DNA of 64,000 bases from Macrostomum lignano (lineage: Eukaryota): the NCBI GenBank assembly GCA_002269645.1, contig NIVC01003764.1, positions 1 through 64,000 of the forward strand. The letters are read 5' to 3'. The stretch's first letter is position 1; every line of letters starts with the position of its first letter. The translations under genes were made by a program, and so were the position numbers. The notes under the pieces are model-generated. The model worked only from the letters and a program-made list of their open reading frames with translations. It searched no databases and was not told where the DNA came from. This document shows, piece by piece, positions 54,222-64,000 of the stretch.

Positions 54222-54740
54222 ACCAGCACCAAGGGGCGCCAGCACCAAGGGGCGCCAGCACCAAGGGGCGCCAGCACCAAGGGGCGCCAGCACCAAGGGG
54301 CGCCAGCACCAAGGGGCGCCAGCACCAAGGGGCGCCAGCACCAAGGGGCGCCAGCACCAAGGGGCGCCAGCACCAAGGGGCGCCAGCACCAAGGGGCGCC
54401 AGCACCAAGGGGCGCCAGCACCAAGGGGCGCCAGCACCAAGGGGCGCCAGCACCAAGGGGCGCCAGCACCAAGGGGCGCCAGCACCAAGGGGCGCCAGCA
54501 CCAAGGGGCGCCAGCACCAAGGGGCGCCAGCACCAAGGGGCGCCAGCACCAAGGGGCGCCAGCACCAAGGGGCGCCAGCACCAAGGGGCGCCAGCACCAA
54601 GGGGCGCCAGCACCAAGGGGCGCCAGCACCAAGGGGCGCCAGCACCAAGGGGCGCCAGCACCAAGGGGCGCCAGCACCAAGGGGCGCCAGCACCAAGGGG
54701 CGCCAGCACCAAGGGGCGCCAGCACCAAGGCGCCAGCACC
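54222..54740. repeat. Near-perfect 16-bp minisatellite (CCAGCACCAAGGGGCG)n
   Basis: About 32 essentially identical units. Confidence 0.97.
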
Positions 54741-55541
54741 AAGCTTATACCCTTAACCTTGTCGAGTTGGTTAAGTGTCACTATTCTGTGTTTTTACTGC
54801 ATGCCCAGAGTTGCAATCAACTTCAGTCACCAGCAGAATTTCGGTTGAAGGAGAAATTCAATGCGAGCCTAAAACAGTTCACAAACCACAAACACACTTC
54901 GTGGATGTTAAAAAAGTCATAAATAAATTTGTTTTATGATTCTGCTATTATATAGGTTAGGTTGTATGTTTCTAAAGAGATAAACTCAGGGTCTACAACT
55001 GTTCAGTTGGTTTTTTAGAACAACATTTTTACGCAGCGTCCGCACGCTACAGTGGCGGTCACTGCCGCTGACTTGACAGGCAGAGAGCACAAAGACTCGC
55101 AGGTCCAGCCCAGATCCTTTCTCGGGAAATCCTGAAGCTTTGCCAGACGAAAGAGTGAATAAAGCAAGCAGCAAGAAGGAGAAGCAGTCTCTCTCTCTCG
55201 CGTGATGTGGGAAGACGAGAGCAGAGAGCGGAACCAATGCGCTCAGCTTCCTTCCTCCGCATTGGCTAGCCCTGCTCCCGACTCTGCCCTGATCCCCACC
55301 CACCTCACGTTTTTCAATTCCCTAGCTAAGATGAGGAAATATTTCACACCTCAACCATCCCGTTCTCATTTTATAGAGACTTTACTTGCATTTGGTGAGG
55401 GCTGCACACTCGACCAGTCAGTCAGGCAGAGCCATTGGCACATCAAAGTCAAAGCAACTTCCTGAGCAGCTCTCGTTTATTCTCTAGCAAAAGCTGTGTC
55501 TTCTTAATACTGTAGCTGTCATATAACTGCTTAACCTGCGA

Positions 55542-58500
55542 ATGCAGACTCTGAAACAGGAGGAATATTATAGGGCCTGCGCTCTGACTGCCTCTGGCGG
55601 CGGGCATGGACACGAAATTGGCGGTGAGTTGCCTGCAGTCTCCCTGCATTCTCCCTGCATTCTCCCTGCATTCTCCCTGCATTCTCCTTGCAATCTCCCT
55701 ACATTCTCCCTGCATTCTCCTGCATTCTCCCTGCATTCTCCCTGCATTCTCCCTGCATTTTCCCTGCATTCTCCCTGCATTCTCCCTGCATCCCCGTGTT
55801 AATCCATCAAGCTAAAACTCTTACTAATCCACAAGCAAATCATGCACAAACTCTGCAGAGTCTCCTTCAGCTCCCTACCCAAAGTGCAGCTGGCAGCGGC
55901 AGTTGAACAATGGCAACCCGCACTCCACAGCAGCGCCTTCAGCGGGTGAGCTTTTAATTTAGCAACTTCTCAAACTTAATTTATAGACTGAAAATATCAA
56001 AATCAGTGCATGAGGCAACTAACTCTGGTTACACTGTGTAACCTGACACCACGGTATGGTCTGCTATGAGCAGATGATTGGAAATTTTTAGTGGACCTGC
56101 CATGTCACTTATAGCAGAATTGATGCTGCGGACGAGTCCGGGGGCGGGCAGGGCAGACAGACAGGCCAGTTTCCTGCCCGCCATCATTTCCGCACGAACG
56201 CTGTGTATGCAAGCGTCAGTTGAGACATAATTATTGAGCTTTGATTACTGCGGACATGACAGCTCAGGCCCCGTTGGCCTCTTCTTCCTTGGAGGAGGCT
56301 TGAAGTGACCGCTAGATAATGATAGCAGCATCCATGTTGCAGATGCGGAGACAAGTGAAATCGATACACCCCCCAAGTTTGCATTATCCAAAACTTATAA
56401 TTAACACTTTGCAGTGTGTATTAATAGTCATGGTGGCTGATTTCAATAGGACCTAAATTTAAAATCACTTAAAAGATGTTTTATCATTTTATATTTAGGT
56501 CTTGTGAAGTTTAGGTCTTGTGAAGTTTAGGTCTTGTAAATTTTAGGTCTTGTGAAGCTTAGGTCTTGTGAAGTTTAGGTCTTGTGAAGCTAGTTTAGAT
56601 CTTGCGAAGTTTAGATCTTGTGAAGTTTAGGTCTTGTGGTTTCGGTCTTGTGAAGTTTAGGTCTTGTGAAGCTTAGGTCTTGCGAAGTTTAGGTCTTGTG
56701 AAGCTTAGGTCTTGTGAAGCTTAGGTCTTGTGAAGCTTAGGTCTTGTGAAGCTTAGGTCTTGTGAAGCTAGTTTAGATCTTGCGAAGTTTAGGTCTTGCT
56801 AAGTTTAGGTCTTGCTAAGTTTAGGTCTTGTGAAGTTTCGGTCTTGTGAAGTTTCGGTCTTGTGAAGCTTCGGTCTTGAGAAGTTTCGGTCTTGTGAAGT
56901 TTCGGTCTTGTGAAGTTTCGGTCTTGTGAAGTTTCGGTCTTGTGAAGTTTCGGTCTTGTGAAGTTTAGGTCTTGTGAAGTTTAGGTCTTGTGAAGCTTAG
57001 GTCTTGTGAAGTTTATGTCTTGAGAAGTTTAGGTCTTGCTAAGTTTAGGTCTTGTGAAGTTTAGGTCTTGTGAAGTTTAGGTCTTGTGAAGTTTAGGTCT
57101 TGTGAAGTTTAGGCGCTGGGCTGATGCTTTTAGGTGATTTGCTGAATTTTATGTTTTATGAATCCCGGCAAATTTCAGTCTTTTATGAGTCTTATTCAAA
57201 ACATCGCTTTCATTTGTCACGACCTTCCTCTTTGCCGCAGGCTATGGAAGTGTCCAGCAGCCCTCACTGGGCCACCTGTACGAGGATTCCGCACTGCAGA
57301 AGGATCTGGGACCTCAGCGTCAGCCTCATCATCAGCAGCAGCAGCAACACCCACCGCAGCAGCAGCAGCAACAGCAGCAACATCAGCATCAGCAGCAGCA
57401 GCAGCAGCACATCTCGCAGCCGTTCCACCAATCTCACTGGAGACCGCAAGGTAAATCTCAATTTCAAAGAAAAAATCCCCAATCTAAAAAATCTGAGTTT
57501 TTTTATCCTACTCATTTTTCCAAAGCTCAGTTTTGATTTATTGTGTCACGGAAGTTTACGATCCTACCATATTTGATTTAAAAAAACATGGCATGCTCAC
57601 GTAGAGCGAAATGACAGCTCGTGGAATTATGAGGCCACGTGCGCGCTGAGCTCGCCCAGCTCACTGAGAGGGGATGCTGGGTGACGCCAGCCTCCCATGC
57701 AGGCACTCCCCCACGCGTCAAACAAGCCTTGGATACAAAACGTAGGAAGCTGGGAAATGATCTAACTGTGAACACGATGTCTGTTTGATCGCGTTTCTTT
57801 AGAAACAAAATCAAGTTACCAATGCGTCGAATATAGAAACTGATGGCTGCTCATTCGTCACGCAGTTCTTGTCACATTTCTTCTGTTAGTTAGATATTTA
57901 TGGCCCATTGTGACATTCCAAAAATCAGAAACATTTAGCATAACATTTCTTCACACTGTCCCTATAGCAATGGTCTTCCAAAACCGCCCTCAGCACAGCG
58001 CCCATAGAACAGCGCCCATAGAACTGCGCCCATAGAACAGCGCCCATAGAACAGCGCCCATAGAACAGCGCCACCAGAAAAGCGCCCATAGAACAGCGCC
58101 CATAGAACAGCGCCCATAGAAAAGCGCCCATAGAACAGCGCCACCAGAAAAGCGCCTATAGAACAGCGCCCATAGAACAGCGCCCATAGAACAGCGCCAC
58201 CAGAAAAGCGCCCGTAGAAAAGCGCCCACAGAACAGCGCGCATAGAACACCGCCACAAGAAAAGCGCCCATAGAGCATGCAGCGCCCACAGAACAGCACC
58301 CATACAGCAGCGCCCATAGAACAGCGCCCATAGAACAGCGCCCATAGAACTGCGCCCATAGAACAGCACCCATACAGCAGCGCCCATAGAACAGCGCCCA
58401 TAGAACTGCGCCCATAGAACAGCGCCACCAGAAAAGCGCCCATAGAAAAGCGCCCATAGAACAGCGCCCATAGAACTGCGCCCATAGAACAGCACCCATA

Positions 58501-61500
58501 CAGCAGCGCCCATAGAACAGCGCCCATAGAACTGCGCCCATAGAACAGCGCCACCAGAAAAGCACCCATAGAACAGCGCCCATAGAACAGCGCCCATAGA
58601 ACGGCGCCCATAGAACGGCGCCCATAGAACAGCGCCCATAGAACAGCGCACATAGAACAGCGCCCATAGAATAGCGCCCATAGAACAGCGCCCCTAGAAC
58701 AGCGCCCATAGAACAGCGCCCATAGAACAGCGCCCCTAGAACAGCGCACATAGAACAGCGCCCATAGAATAGCGCCACCAGAAAAGCGCCCATAGAACAG
58801 CGCCACCAGAAAAGCGCCCATAAAAAGCGCCCATAGAACAGCGCCCATAGAGCAGCGCCCATAGAACAGCGCCCATAGAACAGCGCCCATAGAACAGCGC
58901 CCATAGAACAGCGCCCATAGAAAAGCGCCCACAGAACAGCGCCCATAGAACAGCGCCCATAGAACAGCGCCACAAGAACAGCGCCCATTGAGCATGCAGC
59001 GTCCATATAACAGCACCCATAGAGCAGCGCCCATACCGGTAGAACAGCGTCCATATAACAGCGCCCGAGCATAGCGCCCATAGAACAGCGCCACCAGAAA
59101 AGCGCCCATAGAACAGCGCCACCAGAAAAGCGCCCATAGAACAGCGCCCATAGAACTGCGCCCATAGAACAGCGCCCATAGAACAGCGCCCATAGAACAG
59201 CGCCACCAGAAAAGCGCCCGTAGAAAAGCGCCCACAGAACAGCGCGCATAGAACACCGCCACAAGAAAAGCGCCCATAGAGCATGCAGCGCCCACAGAAC
59301 AGCACCCATACAGCAGCGCCCATAGAACAGCGCCCATAGAACAGCGCCCATAGAACTGCGCCCATAGAACAGCACCCATACAGCAGCGCCCATAGAGCAG
59401 CGCCCATAGAACAGCGCCCATAGAACAGCGCCCATAGAACAGCGCCCATAGAAAAGCGCCACCAGAAAAGCGCCCATAGAACAGCGCCACCAGAAAAGCG
59501 CCCATAGAAAAGCGCCCATAGAACAGCGCCCATAGAGCAGCGCCCATAGAACAGCGCCCATAGAACAGCGCCCATAGAACAGCGCCCATAGAACAGCGCC
59601 CATAGAAAAGCGCCCACAGAACAGCGCCCATAGAACAGCGCCCATAGAACAGCGCCCATAGAACAGCGCCCATAGAAAAGCGCCCACAGAACAGCGCCCA
59701 TAGAACAGCGCCCATAGAACAGCGTCACAAGAACAGCGCCCATTGAGCATGCAGCGTCCATATAACAGCACCCATAGAGCAGCGCCCATACCGGTAGAAC
59801 AGCGTCCATATAACAGCGCCCGAGCATAGCGCCCATAGAACAGCGCCACCAGAAAAGCACCCATAGAACAGCGCCCATAGAACAGCGCCCATAGAACGGC
59901 TCCCATAGAACGGCGCCCATAGAACAGCGCCCATAGAACAGCGCACATAGAACAGCGCCCATAGAATAGCGCCCATAGAACAGCGCCCACAGAACAGCGC
60001 CCATAGAACAGCGCCCATAGAAAAGCGCCCATAGAACAGCGCCCATAGAACAGCGCCCATAGAACAGCGCCCATAGAACAGCGCCCATAGAACATCACCA
60101 ACCGCACAGCGCCCAGTTTAACGACTCCATCTCTCTATTTTAGAAAATTCCCAACATAAAACAATCCATTAAGTACCAGCAGAATATGAGTGATTTGCTC
60201 ATTATTACTGTGAGGGAGCATGGAAAGGACCTGGGCCATTGCACCACCATGCCACCATTTTCCTGAACATTTTTTTGGCCTCCGCGGGTGGTCCGTCAGG
60301 GATTCATGCCCTGGAGTTCCAGTTAGAGAACAGCATCAGCAGGCAAGTGCATGCCTGGTGTGACAACAAAGCGTGGGATGTCGCGGTGCCCCACTGAGAG
60401 CTCGGAGTCGGCAGATAAGGGCGACCCATTGTTGCGATGCGGTAACCCGCTGCTTCGAGTGCCGCATAGCGGTGAGAAAAGTTTTAACAGAGGCTCTCAA
60501 CTTACCAAAGCAGCGGGGGCCGGAGGAAAAGGAGCAGTTAAATTTGGCTCATCAATTCGTCAGCAAAGTTTTTTGTCCAGGTTAGATAGGGGCTGTAGGG
60601 TCACCTGCTCATATTTATAATTGGCTAGTGGGTGTGGCAAGTGGTAATTATTACTATCGTATCAAGATTGAAAAATGACACCCCGAAAACATCTCTCATG
60701 CAGCCCGCATTGCTTGGAGCGTTTTAGGACCATATTGGGATGTGCGTTTATATTTTGAATTGAGAAAAATCAAGGAACGTACAATGTTCTTTATTGTACC
60801 TTGAGTGCATTCTGCAGCTGAGGGTACAGTTTGGGAATGAGGCTGTGGATCTAAAATGGCATCTATATCTATCCAAAAAGCGCAAGTAAAAGAATTCCGC
60901 GGTCGCCCACATCAAAATCCATCTTCAAATGCTCGCTTTTGGTTTGAATTCGAACTCATTCACAACTAGCTGTTCCTAACGCACCGTCACCCCAGCAGGC
61001 TCTGGCCAAATCCAGCTCTGGCAGTTTCTACTGGAGCTGCTCTCCGACAACCGCAACTCCGCCTGCATCGCCTGGGAGGGCACCAACGGCGAATTCAAGC
61101 TCGCCGACCCAGACGAGGTGGCCCGTCGATGGGGCGAGCGCAAGTCCAAGCCCAACATGAACTACGACAAGCTGAGCCGGGCGCTGCGCTACTACTACGA
61201 CAAGAACATCATGTCGAAGGTGCACGGCAAGCGCTACGCTTACAAGTTTGACTTTGCCGGCCTCGCTCAGGCGATGCAGCCGCCTCAAGCTGCCGACCCG
61301 TCCACGGCCGCCGCCGCCTACAAGTACCAGCAGCAGTACCAGCAGGAACTGCTGGTCGGCTCCGCCGGCTATTTTGCCGCCGCAGCCGCGACCAACGGCA
61401 AGCTGAACAACTTCTGCGGCATGATGGGCGGTGCTGCCGGATTCTTCCCTGGCAACAGCGTTGGTGGCTACTCCTCCTGGGCCGCCGCCGCCGGCAATCA

Positions 61501-61579
61501 GTCGGCTGCCGCCGCCGCCGCCGCATCGCTGTACCACCCGAACATCTCCGGCTACCCAGGCGCGCAATACTATGCCTAG
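55542..61579 (+). CDS. ETS-domain transcription factor of the ERG/FLI1/FEV subfamily (FEV/Pet-1-like, no PNT domain in this model), about 319 aa, 4 exons
   Basis: Exons 55542-55623, 55859-55945, 57241-57450 (poly-Gln) and 60999-61579, all phase 1. ETS domain [81 protein letters not shown], then an Ala-rich tail. The start codon is tentative and further upstream exons are possible. Confidence 0.9.
55630..55790. repeat. 11-bp repeat (CCCTGCATTCT)n, ETS intron 1
   Basis: About 14 units. Confidence 0.9.
56495..57112. repeat. 16-bp minisatellite (AGGTCTTGTGAAGTTT)n, ETS intron 2
   Basis: About 38 variant units. Confidence 0.95.
57985..60095. repeat. 14-bp minisatellite (GCGCCCATAGAACA)n with recurring variant cassettes, ETS intron 3
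   Basis: About 2.1 kb of tandem units. Confidence 0.97.
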
Positions 61580-63684
61580 GACAGTGAAATGTTTGAATCA
61601 CAAAACCCCGGAGTAAAAATCCTCTTTAGCAGTCTGGTTCAGAGACTTACAGCAGCACATAAGCAAGTTTCTGGGTCATTTTTTACCATTTCAATACCAT
61701 GAACCAAAATAGGTCACTCTCCAATAGAATAGAATAAAATAGAATAGAATAGAAATAGAATCTCTATCAGTCTATCCGCAAAGTTATCAATTGGCACTTC
61801 TCTCTACAGAACTTTAAAGACACTCTTAAATCGTTACATTTTCCAACAGAGGTCCTGTCTGTTTACAAAAAATAGTTCGACCAAACTACGAACATTGAGC
61901 GGGCCGGATTGCTAGTGTGAAGTTTTAAAGGACCCCGAGGGCCGGATAGAGAGGCTTCGTGGTCGGGAGTTTGCCGAACCCCTGGTTGCTTCAATTGAGT
62001 TGCTACTCCATGTCGAGGGTCTGCCTGGTGTAGAACAGCAGCTGGGCTTTGTTGGCAAGCAAAAATTTTTGTTCCCTTTTGCGTTTTTACTGAATTTCCT
62101 TATGTTTTGAATTCGAGTTTCTGAATTTGCTTTTTCGTGTCTCGTAGGACTATTTTTGGCAACAATATCCCATTTATAGCCTCGGTTCACATCATGCTGA
62201 TTAATTTCTCTGACTTCAAAAATTAATGTTAGTGATTTCGGGGCTTCGTCAGTGACTTGGTCTTCGGAAGTGTGACCTCTGCCTCTCTTTCTGCTTCTTC
62301 CGTCTATTGTGTTTTTTTACTAAGAACCAAACGGTGTCCCCGTGAGAGACCCATGATTAAAACAATTTTTGTTGACAATAACCTACCTGCTCACCAAGAG
62401 TCCAATGCTCACTTGTTTAGCCTGGCTTTAAATACTCGGTTTTGTCACCTACGGATTGAAATTTGTAGCTTGTTCTGTAAATAAAATTGCTCAGTTTTCA
62501 AGTTTGCAATTAAAAAAATTGACTCCAAGCATTCTTCTTCTGTTCGGTTGGCTCAGTGCCAAGTCAACAGGCTCTAAGAAGGGCAGCATGTCGAAAAGGA
62601 TTTTCGCCTACAAGAGACGACACGTGCGAAAATACCCATTGAAAATTAGTCAGTCTGGAAATCTTTTATATAGCTGTAAAAAATTAGAAACTGAATTAAA
62701 GAGATTTTTTGTTAATGTGAAGTGATTGTTGGTTAGCAATTTATAAGGGGGCACTTAATGCTGCGGAGACGTTGTCATGGTCTTTGCAGTAAAAAAGATC
62801 TTGGAGTGATTGCCTTATCGGGATCAGGGACGTTTAAGCTACGAGTTAGAAGCCTGGATTGGGAATTTTGTTTTAAGAGGGCCGTTCTTGCCGTAACATT
62901 TCAAATTTTCGCTTGTTGACAGAAGTTGCTGTTAACGACATCGAGAGCTGGAAAGTGGAAAGCATGCAACGAAAAATATCATTTTTGGAGTGCAGTGTAT
63001 GAAATGTTTGAATTTTTTGTAGAAAACTTTCTGGATACTTCAGATTGATAGAAATTAGGTAATTATTAAATAAAATATGCAAAGATAAGTATTAATAAAA
63101 TCGAGAAATTTAACCACGATTCTCTTGCTGCCAGTCCAGATTCTATCTTCAGAACTCCCTGGTTGAATCAAAGCTAACTTGCGTTGCCTTCTTCCCCCAA
63201 GAACACGCGGTTCCCTACGATGTGGCACTCCCACTCCTCCCCTCATCCTCTCTCCTCGCTGTGCTCGCACAGGTAAATAGAGGTTGTGAGGCATTAAAAT
63301 TGTGTAATTAGCTTCCTCAGTCCTTGACGAGATCCATTACTGCACCTAGCTCTGGGGAGCAAATGTCGAGCCCTTGAGGCCTTCTCTTTCTTTCCTTCCT
63401 CCTTTCTTCATGTGATGACTATGTTAGATTATTATTAAGGCATACGGTATAAAGACAGACTCAGGCCAGAGCAGGACATCGCGCTTGTATCAGGCAGCCA
63501 TGCGCAGGCTTTAATGAGAGAGTCAGAAATGATTGGACCGGCACCCGTATTTGACCGTGATTTTGGATAGCATAATTATGAGACTTTTAATTTGAGGAAG
63601 AGCATGGTTATGGTGGATGAAATAAATGAAATTTGGGCTCTTGATGATTCATTTTTGATGACATTCTATAAGAGGAGTGAATCT

Positions 63685-64000
63685 CCGTATTTAGATTCCT
63701 GTGGATGGGCGATTCTCTCCTTATTTAGATTCTTGCAGATGGGCGATTCTCTCCTTATTTAGATTCTTGCAGATGGGCGATTCTCCGTATTTAGATTCTT
63801 GCAGATGGGCGATTCTCTCCTTATCTAGATTCCTGCAGATGGGCGATTCTCTCCTTATTTAGATTCCTACAGATGAGCGATTCTCTCCGTATTTAGATTC
63901 TTGCAGATGGGCGATTCTCTCCTTATTTAGATTCCTGCAGATGGGCGATTCTCTCCGTATTTAGATTCTTGCAGATGGGCGATTCTCTCCGTATTTAGAT
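63685..64000. repeat. 34-bp minisatellite (ATTTAGATTCTTGCAGATGGGCGATTCTCTCCGT)n, runs off the window end
   Basis: About 9 units. Confidence 0.95.

Overview
Eukaryotic (animal) genomic DNA: GC-rich, Ala/Gln-rich exons with GT-AG introns, and about 26 tandem-repeat arrays covering roughly 19 kb (~30%) of the window. This texture suggests the flatworm Macrostomum or a relative, but that is inference only. I reconstructed six spliced genes by hand: an RlaP/YcgL-like Pol-beta-superfamily nucleotidyltransferase (+, 6 exons), an AJM1-like MYND-finger protein (-), an UNC-93-like MFS protein (+), a calmodulin-like EF-hand protein (-), a ferritin (+) and an ERG/FLI1/FEV-family ETS factor (+). A frameshifted acidic/Pro-rich ORF of unknown function lies at 26.4-28.5 kb (-). 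Mobile elements: a LINE 3' remnant, a mariner fossil split by a 2.6-kb Ty3/Gypsy element lacking RT/RNase H, two copies of a tRNA-type SINE-like element, and a hAT MITE in the ferritin intron. Leading observations: (1) an intron-containing animal gene of the largely bacterial/phage RlaP/YcgL nucleotidyltransferase family; (2) 15 of 21 introns carry their own private minisatellite, several built from splice-signal-like units, and one intron is almost pure G-quadruplex repeat. Most long ORFs in the supplied track are artefacts of repeats. All family assignments rest on motif recognition, not database searches.
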